From contig OZ037773.1 in the NCBI GenBank assembly GCA_964035545.1, positions 7,283,751 to 7,347,750 on the forward strand: a stretch of DNA of 64,000 nt, given 5' to 3'. Every line of letters begins with the position of its first letter. Positions within the stretch are counted from its first letter, which is position 1. The translations under genes were made by a program, and so were the position numbers. The notes under the pieces were generated by a model. It was not told the origin of the DNA, made no database searches, and was given only the letters and a program-made list of their open reading frames with translations. The DNA comes from Bugula neritina (taxonomy: Eukaryota; Animalia; Bryozoa). Positions 25,138-55,109 of this stretch are shown in pieces.

Positions 25138-28100
25138 CAGATAGATAGATAGATAGATAGATACCTATAAAGAGATAGATAGAATACTGACCACGGAGGA
25201 GCGGTCCTGGGACAACTGGCCGTATGAAGAAGAGTTCAAACTAGCAGGTGTTGGTTTATTGTTGAGGTCACCTCTAGAGATCAGTGTGCACACATAAACA
25301 TCGTGAGAGAAGAGGTCAAGGCGAATCAGCTCGGAATACAGAGCTACGCAGTTGGAGAACGGTCGTCTGCTACTCTCCCTACCATCTTCATCTAAAATCA
25401 CAACAAGAAGCACGGATAGTAAATCTTCCAAGTATAGACCAAAGGGAGCAGCAGGTCTAGAGTGGTCTAGAGGTTAGAGTGCCGGCTTAGTGAACACTAA
25501 GTCATGGGTTCCATCCTGAGTAAAGGCCATTGGTGGTGTGAGGAAGAGCATCCAGTTATAATTGCTCCTGTGCCTCATCTGAATAAGTATTTAGCCCAAT
25601 TCAACAAAAGACCCTTTCCATCAGAGGTTTTCTCACGGGGATGGTGACTATAAACTTGCGTGAATTGTTGGTTTACATATAGACCACACAGGAGCTGTTG
25701 GGCGGTGGAATACATACCTAGTACAGGTGAGGTACATACCTAGTACAGGAGAGGTACATACATAGTACAGGTGAGATACATACCTAGTACAGGAGAGGTA
25801 CATACCTAGTACAGGTGAGGTACATACATAGTACAGATGAGGTACATACCTAGTACAGGTGAGGTACATACCTAGTACAGGTGAGGTACATACCTAGTAC
25901 AGGTGAGGTACATACCTAGTACAGGTGCCCTCTTATCCAAATACTTGAGTAGCATGTTGTGGAACAAGTTATCCTCTTCCTTATCCACACTGGTGTCACC
26001 ATCCTCCATCTCACCATCTGCTGCGTTCCACAACTCAATCTGGTGTTTCTCCAGAAGTCTGGCCACAATCTGGGGCCTGTGGTCACCGAGTCTGTTGGTG
26101 GTGATCGCCCAATCACAGAGCAGGAAAACTAACGGCTCCAGACTTGAAAATGGCTGCACACAAAAATAAACATGATTCTAAAAGCGTATAAATTATATTA
26201 TAAATCTTAGCAATTGCTGATGTTATTGTTGGTTGGTATAGAAGGTTGAAGAAAGTCCTGATATGATATTATATTTAGGACAAACAGATGAAACTCAACC
26301 AACTTAATTTGTAGACACGAATATAGAAACTAAAGAAATTCACAAAAATCAAGGATAGTAAAACTTGTCATAGTTCTTCATCATATTGTTTGCATCACAC
26401 AAATCACCAGCTCTAACTGAGACTAGCGGAAACTACCTCACTGCTTGTCTTCTCATTCCATATGCTCATAATTTCAGAGTAGAGTTGATTTATGGCCGGT
26501 GAGGTGTCAGCTCTGTCAAAGTTAAATCTGTCCAACTTGTCCAAAATACACAGCAACTTGCCAGTTATGAGACCTGGAGACAGAGTATAACAGAACATGT
26601 ACTGTAGGATACGATAGTGTATTATATTATAGCATGTCCTGTATTACATTATGTAACATAGTATAAAATACATTATAAAGTATGTGCTCTTTTAGTGTAT
26701 TATAAATATAGTATAGTGTATTACATAATATATAACATTTTAGTGTATTATAAAACATAATAAACCATGCCATAAAGTATGGGATATTTTAGTATGTTAC
26801 AGAGTACATAACATTTCAGTATACTGTTTACAGTTTGTCGTATATAATATTATAGTATATTTTATAGCATTGTATAGTACATAGTACATAATATTTTAGC
26901 ATATTGTATAGCATTACATAGTACAGAGTATAAAATATTATAGTATATTTTAAAGCATAATACAGCACCAGCCATATCATTATACCAAAACTAGAGTCAC
27001 AAAATTCGGTCACATGATCTACACGGCTATCAGCAGGAAGTTCACACCCACCAGTCATGCTTTGCTGCACCTTGTTGGAGGACCAGCTCAGTTCTGCCGC
27101 CATTGACCTCCGAGCTATCTCAATCTCACACTCCCTAAGCGTCCTGCGTATCTACAAGTGATGAATTGTGTAGAGCTAGAAATTACGTGACAATTTTAGA
27201 TACAGTACTCATTGTAAGTGTGGTTGGAACACACTAGAAAGAATGCTTCATTGCAATCAAATAAAAAAGCAGCCATCCTCTCTCTATACAAAATGGGGCT
27301 TCAAACAGTACAATGTTTACTAAGAAATGAGGAATTTTTTAATTGATGCTATATTATTTTTACTATCATATTATTAGATGTTATATTATTATATATTATC
27401 TTATTATTATATATAATAATTTCTCCAAAAAACTCCATGCATCAAGTTTCATAACACATCAGTGCTGAGATGCTCAAGATGAATGATGACAACAACTATA
27501 ATATAATCACAAATAGACACAGTATTTATGTATTTAATAGTTGAAAAACTCTTTGGTGAACCTTGCTAGATTAGTATTTATAACTGTAAAGGAAAGTATT
27601 AAATGCCTCATATGTTATCTGATTAGAATAATACCTCCAATGAATCATCCCCAGCTACTACAGGTAGGGTGCAGGGATGGCAGGGTAGGAGGTCCAAGGG
27701 GGAACCTGTAACATCAACATTGTCTGATATACTATATAGCCTAGAGAAAAGTAGTTTCAAGAGAAGGGGATACTTTGGAAGTTTTACAAGACTATAAAAA
27801 ATATACCAGATGTACCAGGAGTCCGGTTGCACCAGATGTATACAAACATACAAGATATGCTAGATATTCACATGTATACAGATTTACTAGATATATTATA
27901 TGAACTCACACAAGTTTATAGTCACCATTCCTGTGAGAAAACCCTGATGGAAAGGGTTTTTTTGTTAAATCGGGCTAAGGACTTATTCAGATGAAGCACA
28001 GATATACTGTATTATATATATTATATATTTAGATGTATACACTCCTGGATATGTGTAAAGCTGCCACGTATTCAGGAACATTACTCTACTCTACTCTTAC

Positions 28101-31100
28101 TCACCTGAATGTATAAACGAGCTCTTTCCCTCCCCGAGGTTCAACCAAACGAGAGCAGAAGGACAGCCGAGGACTACAGTCTGCACCATTGAACAGGCCA
28201 TGTACATAACACTTCTATGCTGCCCACACTGCTTGTAGTCGGCCCATATGGAGCCCAGCATGTTCATGGCAGAGAGCTGTGATGCAGTGTTGGCTTGCTG
28301 ACTAAAAAGAGAGATTATTTGACTCAGCAGCCAGATACAAGTAATAACTACTTTCAACTCTTCATTTTAAAGGCAATAAAATCTAGGAGGGGGGGGGGGG
28401 GTAAATCCCTCAGATAAAAATATGATACACCAGAAAAAAAATCCTCTCACTGACATAGTAAATAAAAATTCAGTGTGCCAGGAAGCCATCTTGCTTAAAC
28501 TTTTTTTAAATATTAGCATCTAGAAAAATAATAGCCTTCTTCATTTGTGGAAGTTAAAAGAGAGTTGCACAAACTTTATATTGACACTATTGATAAAATA
28601 CCTATAAAACAAGCTAGAAAAAAAAATATATAAATAATCTATAAAACTAAATAGAAAACAACTAGAGAACTATCTAAAAATATCTCCAACAAAAGACAGT
28701 AACAAATGGAGTTGCAACATGCAGCTGATAGAGAAAGTAGAAACAAGATGTTACCACACACTTGTTAGCAGAGGAGTCAAGATGGGGCGAGGAAGATCGA
28801 GGGGAGACATAGCCTGAGGATGTAGTCATCTGTAACAGCTTCCTGGCACAGAACTGAGCTAACTTCCTAGATAGCAGGTACTGTTTCACAACTTCCTTTA
28901 TATACTGCAACAGAACATTTGTAACTGCATGATTTACTAACGGCACAACATCAGATGCTGAACATAGACAGAATGAGGAGATGTGTTTATACCAAAGTCC
29001 ATTTAGTGGAATAACTGCCTAAGCGTTTTTTATTAAGATATCGTGTGGATCCGCAGTAAACCGATTTCCATGTCTTAGAAAAACCTTAAAACTTGCCATG
29101 TACTCAAAATAAGTGAGCGGCTTTTCCGTACCTGAAATATGAGAGACAAAACGACACGCAAGAGATTGTCGTCGGTAAATTTGGAGTTCTCTAGGAGATC
29201 TATGGCCCAGTTGAGGTACTCTTGTCGGTCCAGCAGACCCTCCTGGTACATGTGCAGAGCTAGCTTGTCACAATACTGCCACTGCTTGTTCACAGAGTCT
29301 ATGTCAATCTGCGTTCCGGTGGTGAGGAAACCAGGGACAACTGAACTTTGACCCCCGCCATGGTAGTCTATCATCTTCTGCAGTAACTCTCCCATGTACT
29401 TGGTAATCGTCTGTGTCCACTCTGGAAAAGTAATTCAGCAGTGAATAAACAACTGTAAATGATTGGCTATAGCAGGCCTTAAGATTTCAATTAAACTGAT
29501 ACAGAAAACTGGTCCTCTTCACAAATTCAACTAACCTATAAATCCAAAAACTGATCAATATGAAGATTCTGATGTATAAGACTGTTACACAGTTTTCATA
29601 TTGCATGAGCAAACTCATATAAAAGTACAAAGAATATATCTTACAAAACAATCAATAGGAAAAGTTGTAAAGTGCATCTCTTGAGCCTGACTGGTTATCT
29701 GAAGTTGTAGCATTCTCCCCGAGTATGTACTATTGTGATTTATCAGCATCACCTTTACTTAACTTACATTTATCGCACACAAAGATGTATATAAATATGT
29801 ATTTGTAACACCGAGGAGCCAGTTTAAAAACATGGGAATTGACTAATTATGCCACATGCGTAGCCTAGTATGATCCCTCGAGTATTATACTTGAAATGTA
29901 GAGCATATATTTAGCGGTAACTATCACACAAGTACGCGCAATGCTTTATTCATATACGATTGAATTTTTCATCTATTTTTTCACCATTATGGACAATCTA
30001 CAAGTTTTGAGTTAAAGGTCTATAACCGAGAGTAACAATTGATTATAAAAATTTTAATTTGTGGTAAAATTCCCACCCAATTAGTCATGATTTGAAACAA
30101 TATAAAAGCTATTTGCTAACTTTAGTTTAGAGTCAGCTGCTACGACAAACAAGATAAAGACTAATAACCTTGAGCAGGGTCATTTAAATGCCTGCGCGGA
30201 GCCTTTCTATTTTCGTTTTGAGTTTGAGTGTAAGCTGCGGCCAACTTCAAATACCAGGCAGCGCTTGAGTTCGGCACAGAGAACTCGTAAAGATTCTGCA
30301 GATACTCCTCCTTCTTCAGATATATGGGTACCTGCAGAAATCAAAGAACAAACTCAAAACATAAAAATTGTACGTCTCAAAATTCAACAAAAGTTGTCTT
30401 CTCTTTTCAGAACATGCGACGAATGAAGTAACACTACAATGTAAATAGCGCAAAACAGTTGAATTATGTAACCTGAAAGTTAATTGGCTAAAAATGGCTA
30501 TCCTAAACAGTTTGATTTTGAAGATTTTATGCATTTTACAGGAAATGTATGAGCAGTTTACTCTCCAATTATTGCTCATGTAACATAGCAGCACAATATT
30601 TGTTTAATAAAGAACATAACATAGCAAGATATGGCTCTGACTGCACCACCTCATCAAGGTGTAGGGAGCTCTTAACTAGTATACTACCAGCTCAACTATT
30701 CAAAGGTGAACACTAAATAGTGAGCTTACTAAGCACTTACTGCATCACTCAACAAGGTACCCCTAGTTCCATATAATAGGTATTTTTATTTCGTCACGTA
30801 AATGCTTCATTAATTTGAAAGCAGTTTTATGCTAGCACGGTGTCTCAAAAGATAAAGGCAATTCCAAATAAGTTGTGCAGAATAACATTGTATGTAAGTT
30901 GTCATCACACTATACCACTATCAATACATTTATTACCTAATAAACTACAACGCTGTGTGCTATATACATAGCAAGGTGCACATTATTCAAACCTTTTTTG
31001 CTAAAGAGGATAGAGCCTTTGTCCCATTAGCCAGCAAGGTGAGCCATTGCTCGGTATACTGTTTAGTCTTGGTAGTAGCAGACACTAAAATGAAGTTCTC

Positions 31101-32474
31101 CTTCTGCACATTTGGCTTCTTCTTGCTCGCATCTGACAAGGTGTTGAACTCTGTCTTCTTGTGAATGATGCCATTCATGTATGCCACAACCTGAAGTTTG
31201 AAGTATTACTATATTATATAATACAATTATGTTTTGCTATATTACACAATGCAATTATGTTTTACTATATTACATAATACAACTATGTCTTATTATATTA
31301 TATTGTAACTAGCTAAAATTGTTGGGGCTCAAGAAAAAAATGTCAAAAGAAACATAATTACATAGAAGTGTCCCAGCTTTCCTTGGTCCTAGACCTTAGT
31401 ACAGTTTCTAAGCAATTAATAACTAATTTAAATGTTAAAAACTCATATTACATGGTAATTACCAATCTAATCATTCTATATTGCATCTATCCATTTCATA
31501 GTTTATAGCTTCTATTAATGCAGGTGCTATCAAACTATCATAACACTTCTGCTTACCGCAGTTAACAACATGGTAGATCAAACAAAATAAACTATAATCT
31601 TACGCATAGAAGTGTGCTTTAAGTATCAGGTAGTAGTTTTGACACAATTTTCTACATAAAATAAAAATAGTAAATACCTGAAGAGCACTGAGTCCATGTA
31701 AAGCATCCTTCTTAGCAGTTCCATGCTCATCTGGACACACCAACTGATTAGTATACCCAGAATTTAACGATGCATACGTCAATTGATCCTAAAAATAGTT
31801 CAATTACTAAAAATTATTAAAATGTTCCAAATTAAACAGTTTTAATCTAATATGTAGAACTATTTATTTAGATAATGTAGAACAAGCAGCTGTAACTTTT
31901 CAATTAAGCACAGCTGTCCATGACTAAAATGAAAAATATATTCTTATTATATATTTTTTTCTGAGCTACATTATCATAAATTTACCATTTTAATCAACTT
32001 TATTAGAGTTTTTCAAACATTAATAATATTTATTATCAGCCTCTTGTATTCAAATCAGGTAAAGTAATAAAATAAGATAAACAACACTATTGCCATTAGC
32101 CACAAAGTCAAAAATATAACAACTTAATAACACTGATAGTTCAGAAATTGGGCAAGGGCACTAGTCAAACTCGTAGTTGTAGGTTTAGAGATAAACAAAA
32201 GAATATTTAAGTTAGTGAATCATAATTATAGTGGTGGTCACTGTCGTATGATAGTGAAATTCAATCAAATTCCAGATACACTTGATCTTATATCATCACT
32301 GTACAGTGACTGTGAGTAAGATTCGTTAAATTGATAATACTAATTTACACATGAATATTTATATCATTAGTTACTACTCAAGTGAAATACCTCTTTTTGC
32401 TCAACACGCTGAGCATACAAATCTGGTGGTCCTAATGTTGGGCGCTTTAGAGGCCTTGTCTCTTGGTTAAGCAT
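10353..32474 (-). CDS. MED12: Mediator of RNA polymerase II transcription subunit 12, ~38 coding exons
   Basis: Exon 1 (32391-32474) [28 protein letters not shown] matches the MED12 N-terminus (RPLKRPRLGPPDVYPQ). Further conserved blocks: [43 protein letters not shown] (LCEWAV domain), [101 protein letters not shown]-rich tail ends PPQYGNY* at 10353. Exon phases are consistent. Confidence 0.97.
12781..12870. repeat. (CA)n microsatellite
   Basis: Direct. Confidence 0.95.
14503..15088. repeat. 22/23-bp minisatellite (GACACTTCTATTACTCATATATT), ~25 units, next to a MED12 acceptor
   Basis: Direct tandem repetition. Confidence 0.95.
15741..15829. repeat. (CACT)n / (GAGT)n microsatellite
   Basis: Direct. 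Confidence 0.95.
16402..16913. repeat. 24-bp minisatellite (TATGATATGATTTAGTAGTTAGTA), ~21 units, abutting a MED12 acceptor
   Basis: Direct tandem repetition. Confidence 0.95.
17309..17705 (-). repeat. 31-bp minisatellite containing the MED12 5' splice site (unit GTGAGTGTTATATGGATGGCACACTAAACAG), ~13 donor-like copies
   Basis: The first copy is the real exon end ...CACGCGAAGCAG|GTGAGT at 17692/17691. Confidence 0.92.
17850..17965 (+). mobile_element. 5'-truncated copy of the tRNA-derived SINE
   Basis: Aligns by eye to 25555-25665 (ataattgctcctgtgcc.catctgaataagt...ctcac.gg.atgg.gactataaac). Confidence 0.8.
18490..18680. repeat. 20-bp minisatellite (ATATGACACAATATAACAGG) next to a MED12 donor
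   Basis: Direct. Confidence 0.9.
18834..19095. repeat. 22-bp minisatellite (ACTCAGACTATGAGTAGAGTAA), ~11 units, next to a MED12 acceptor
   Basis: Direct. Confidence 0.95.
20203..20662. repeat. 20-bp minisatellite (TATGTATTACAATGCTTTCA), ~23 units
   Basis: Direct; explains the spurious ORFs in all three + frames. Confidence 0.95.
21900..22110. mobile_element. MITE, ~210 bp, Tc1/mariner (Tigger-like) termini
   Basis: Perfect 13-bp TIR CAGTGCTCCCTCC ... GGAGGGAGCACTG. The expected TA TSD is not intact (TG/TC). Confidence 0.6.
22770..22900. repeat. (GT/GC)n imperfect microsatellite
   Basis: Direct. Confidence 0.9.
23610..23815. repeat. 26-bp minisatellite (TACAACAGTCATACTCTGTGATGTCA) abutting a MED12 acceptor
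   Basis: Direct. Confidence 0.9.
24778..25182. repeat. (GATA)n microsatellite with three embedded ATACCTATAAA(A)GAG interruptions
   Basis: Direct. Confidence 0.95.
25450..25676 (+). mobile_element. tRNA-derived SINE, near full length, antisense within a MED12 intron
   Basis: A-box-like TGGTCTAGAGG, B-box-like GGTTCCATCC, central GGTGGTGTGAGGAAGAGCATCCAG, further copies at 17850 and 27903. Imperfect flanking direct repeat TATAGACCA..GGAGC (25433 and 25678) is consistent with a TSD. Confidence 0.75.
25711..25927 (-). repeat. 22-bp minisatellite containing the MED12 5' splice site (unit GTATGTACCTCACCTGTACTAG), ~9 units
   Basis: The first junction is the real exon end ...CCTGTACTAG|GTATGT at 25916/25915. 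Confidence 0.92.
27903..28001 (-). mobile_element. 3' fragment of the same SINE, inverted
   Basis: Reverse complement aligns to 25568-25665. Confidence 0.8.
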
Positions 32475-33120
32475 CTTGATCTTCTAGTTTTATGATTCGG
32501 ATGTTTATAAATTCAAATTGTTAAAACAACAATTATAATGACTATTGAGTCTCAGTCTGAAAGTGAATTATAGCATTATACTTTATAGTAATATTTATAT
32601 TGAATTCATCTCCGTGTCCGGGTGTCTTTCAGTATTTACTTTTCATTTTGGTAGCAGTAGTAGTACTATTACTAGTAGTAATGGTGAACTAGTACTGGTA
32701 GCATTAAAATTGAATTTAGTGATTAAATCATCAATTTTAAATTTAATATTTAAGACTACTCTTCATCTAAATTAAAACTTGCACTTGTACTTGTGTCTTG
32801 TACTTGTAGTGGTAATACTACTACTAGTACTACTAGTACTAGTAGTCGCAGTTGTGGTTTTAATTTCAGCTCTTTTAGTTCTACCAACTCATGAGCTTGG
32901 AGTACAGCTTGAACTAGTACTAATGCTACAGCTGTAGAGATGGCTAATTTTTAGCTTAAAAATCCGAGTTGTGGTATGAAAATAGAATTGAATAGAGAAA
33001 TGAAAAACTAAATATGACTTCTTTTACAATTCAGTTTCATTGAACTTTATAATAACTATTAGACCTAAGGCTAATTGCTACAGCATGATTGTTAGTACAA
33101 TGGCTTATCTATGTATGTTA

Positions 33121-33133
33121 GCCAATCATTGGC
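33121..33133. promoter_or_regulatory. Back-to-back CCAAT boxes (GCCAATCATTGGC) in the MED12/CTDP1 divergent promoter region
   Basis: Palindromic CCAAT/ATTGG between two divergent ATGs; function is inferred. Confidence 0.35.
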
Positions 33134-33179
33134 GTATACCATTTACACTGTCCGATCTATCTTTCGTATTCATGTAAAT

Positions 33180-34777
<1,598 letters not shown>

Positions 34778-35104
34778 ATGTAAATTAATGAATATAAATA
34801 GTAATAATTTTCAATGAGTAGCCTGTCCAATCATCATTGTGATGTACTGCTGAATCCATTTTCAGCCATTATTTATACTAATAATTTCCGGTTAAATGTA
34901 GCGCTTCTTGCAAGGAGAGTAGATTTGAGTTTTGTTACCACTCATCTACTGCTAAATTGCTCATAATTGCAGATTATTAAATATGTTTAGGGCAGGATCG
35001 TGATCAAAGTCTCGGAGTTACTTCACATTAAACTACAATCACAAGTATTTCTAACCTGGCTACTGTGCCCAAAGTGCTATTGGACAAACAGAGCCAGATG
35101 TCTT

Positions 35105-43030
<7,926 letters not shown>

Positions 43031-43709
43031 CTCACGGAACTCTTTCTTCCTCTCACAGTCTTACACAATATAAGTGTGGGAAGGTGCTATGTAACTGTAA
43101 ATATGACTAAGTACATATATCTGTAAGTACACTTTACTGTGTTTACTTCTGACTTAGTGTATATAGTACCATTATACATACAGTTGACTGTATTGAACTC
43201 TTATTAGTTGAAAATTTCTCTGTCTCAATTAGGAAATAAGCTATAAAATACTTTACATTGAACAGTTCTCATTGGCTCAAGCTTTAACCCATTGAGATTT
43301 TAATTGTTTTGTGACAATTCATTTTAATGACGTGATTTCCAAATGAAATTTTTTTCTTTACAACTGTAAATATTGAATTCGATGTATTTACGTATTATTG
43401 GAATATTTTTGTACGTAATGATCAATAAATTCTCATATAATGTACCAACTTCGAGTTCATGAAGGTAACTCGATGATGAGTTTTACCTCGAAATTTTATT
43501 CATAGAACAACTTTTATAGCTGTCGTATGTAATGTTGTGTTTTGTCATTGTTCTCCTAGTATGCTTGAACACTTCTTCTAAACTATACTGTACTTGATCC
43601 TGAGAACGGAAACTTTCTGAAAAGCATTTGCTTTGTTCTTACAAAAAGTGAAAACACTCTGGCAGCAAGATAAACTTAGACTCTTTTTCAACAGCTTTAT
43701 TAGGAGGTA

Positions 43710-43854
43710 GGTGCAGTAATGGAGAAATTGGGAAAAGCCTGTGTTAAAAAATATAGCAAAAGAAGTGATATTCTCGCAAATTTGCAAACCTAAACCAATA
43801 GTTAATAATAGATTAAAAGAACTTAGGTTATGTCAATTTTTTCACTACTGCACC
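43710..43854. mobile_element. ~145-bp MITE, copy 1
   Basis: Imperfect TIR GGTGCAGTAATGGAGAAATTG ... CAATTTTTTCACTACTGCACC; homologous copy at 52774-52930. Confidence 0.75.
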
Positions 43855-44346
43855 TCTACTCTGAGAATAGCAGTAAACTAGTTGTTGAGTGTTAAAACTG
43901 TGGTGGCACATTGGACATTGGAATGGTGTATTCTTACCGCATGCAGAGGTACAAAAAGAATTATTCATGTTTATTTAAGGCTTCAAGTTTAGATTTAATA
44001 CTAAACTATCAACTGCAGTCTACCAACTGAACATAGGTTTGAAAAAAGAACTTTCAAAGTAAAATTTTTAGCATATTAATAATTTTTGCTCATTTTATAA
44101 AATTTTTGCATGCATTTCAGAGGAGCTTAGTTTAGCTAATATGTGTTTATAAATATACTGAAAGAACTGTGGCTACAAAAATAGGGAGTAGCCGAGGGAG
44201 AAATGATGAGTAATGTTTTGGCAGCTGTGACCTAATTAAAAGCAGCTATACCTGACATGTGTATATTTATATACACTATATAACAACCATTTATTAACCA
44301 TCATACCTATGCTGTTCAACACTAGTATCACTGCACCCTGGTTCAT

Positions 44347-44590
44347 AGTGGCACATTGGTCCAAAGTCCACTGTTCTGAAGGTCCATTGGTTTGAAGGTC
44401 CATTGGTTTGAAAATATTTTCCTAGCAACATGCACACATATGGCAAACCAATTCTAGGGGTTTAGGGTTGAACCTGAAACAGGTACAATACATGTAGGCC
44501 TACACAAGAAAGATAACAGTTTTATTTTATTAAACAACTTCATTAGGACCGATGAACCTTGGACTAATGGGCCTTGGGACTAGTCACCTT
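44347..44590. mobile_element. Degenerate non-autonomous DNA element with subterminal inverted arrays (GGTCCATTGGTTTGAA / GGACTAATGGGCC) and internal TTTAGGGTT
   Basis: Left tandem motifs are approximate reverse complements of the right ones; ends are poorly defined. Confidence 0.5.
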
Positions 44591-45214
44591 ATAGCTCTCA
44601 CCTTTGTTCCACATTACAGAATGCTAGATTATTGTAGAGTTAGATCTATTGGAAAATAAGGTTTCATATTAAGGGGAGTCACACCAGACCATGGAAACTC
44701 AATCTACACACTAACTATTGTTCCTTCTATTGTTTGTAAGCTCCTTTGTACACACACAGTAAACAAGTTTTTTGTGTACTTATGTACTTTGTACTAACAA
44801 GTCTGAAATTCAGTACAGTTATAAGTTTTAAACTAATTAGCACATACTTACTGGATTTTTCTGGTACTTTGTGACAAGAAAGCAACCGGATAAGATGTAA
44901 TTACAAGTTCCATTTTATCTGCCACTCACCTGATAACACATTGGCCAATAATAGACTTTGAAATGCTAGCCATTATGTACTGTAAGAAATATTGATTGCC
45001 ATGCATAGCATGTTTATAGAGTGTTAACCCAGCTGACGTAGGCGTGATTATCCAGTATTTATACTCCAGCTCAACTGGGGCAAACCAGATATCTACTAAG
45101 TGTGCAGGTAATAAGCAAGGTGCTTGTAAGGTGCTCTTTAGCTGACAAGATTAGACAAGGTGTTGTAAGGTGCTCTAGTTGACAGTATAGTTTGAGGTTG
45201 GAAATATACACATA

Positions 45215-53657
<8,443 letters not shown>

Positions 53658-55109
53658 TCAGGTTTGGAGTTATATTCCCTTGCGTCCAAGTTGCATTTAT
53701 TTATTTCAATCTGTAGTATCAAAGTTGGTGTGACTTGTAAAACATTGGATCAGCTGTAATAATTATTGTGTGCATTAAGTTTGTGGTGGGAATCTTTTGA
53801 AATATACTGTTAGTTGCTATGAAATATACCAAACATACGTTTTCTACAGTGCCTTACAAGTCATTAAAACTAGTTATACGGGAATTGCTCTTTCTCCTTG
53901 AGTAGATTATCTATGACATCATCAGTTTCAGCCAACATCCCTCCCTTCTGAAGTCCAAACAGCAATAGGTGTACTAAACTACATAGCTTGGTTTTATATT
54001 GTACTTGTTTTAAGACTCTCCCACACATTTTAGGCTATGTATTCCATTATTTAAATGAAGCTCATAGCTCAGTATTTATAACATTTACTTACATTGTTAT
54101 AACCATATTATATGCTGCTTTCAGGGTCAACACTGCTGAAGATGGTCTCCGTTATCAACCAGTAGTTGTCTACTCACGTTACAGCTCTTGAGTACAGACA
54201 GCTGTTAAATTAGCTGAATATTATACTATGATGCTGAACTTCTACTCCTACTTTAGTACAATTTGGTAAAAAATATAAGCCCTCAGGCTGTCATTATCCT
54301 ATTATTCGCAGCAATATTGCTTATATTAAGCAGACTGGTGTGTACGTTGATTTTATTAAATTGCTTATATTAAGCAGGTTTAAATAGCTGATTGGCTTGT
54401 TACTGGCTAAGTGCTGTTTGCTATTTGCTAGTTGCCAGTTACTATTTGTCATTTACTAATTGCTAACTGCTGGTTTCCAGGTGCTATAATTACATAAGTT
54501 TGAAATATATATATAATTTAACTAATTGAGCTTGGAATGTTGATTTACTGTTTTTCTCAGAAATTGAATAAAATTATTTATAAATAATAAACATTTTTAT
54601 TACTTATGATGATACTTTTTTAATTTTGCCTCTCTGAAAATATAAATTCAAAAACAGCAAGTATTTCAGTGAATATAAATGATAAAGCTGTGGTCAGTTA
54701 CCGTACAACAGAAAGAGTATTATAATATAAGATATACCTTAAACATACAGGAAAAGGTTATGCACATAGTATTCTGAAGTCTTGTTATAAAGACTGATCA
54801 TTCAAAGTTGAATCTGTGTTATAGTCTTTGAGCTGGTTGCTATCCTGTAGTCAAAATAGGCATTATGGTATCTGAAAACATGTCATCTTCAGTCACAGAG
54901 CACCTGCTTGCCATTGTCAGCAGTAACTGACACAAGGGCCACTTACCTCTCTCATAATACACACTTAATCTAACTGTCTTCCAACACCACAGACATATAA
55001 GTATCATGCTGCTTACGTAACAGAGCTGTGTGAGTTTGCTGCCGAGTTATACTGCTGCTGCCGAGTCTATCTAGTACTGCTGTCGAAAGAGAGAACTGGT
55101 TTTGATGAA

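Noticed and set aside
14503-25927. 20-31-bp repeat arrays as CRISPR arrays
   Set aside because: Units are head-to-tail with no unique spacers, there are no cas genes, and the context is eukaryotic introns.
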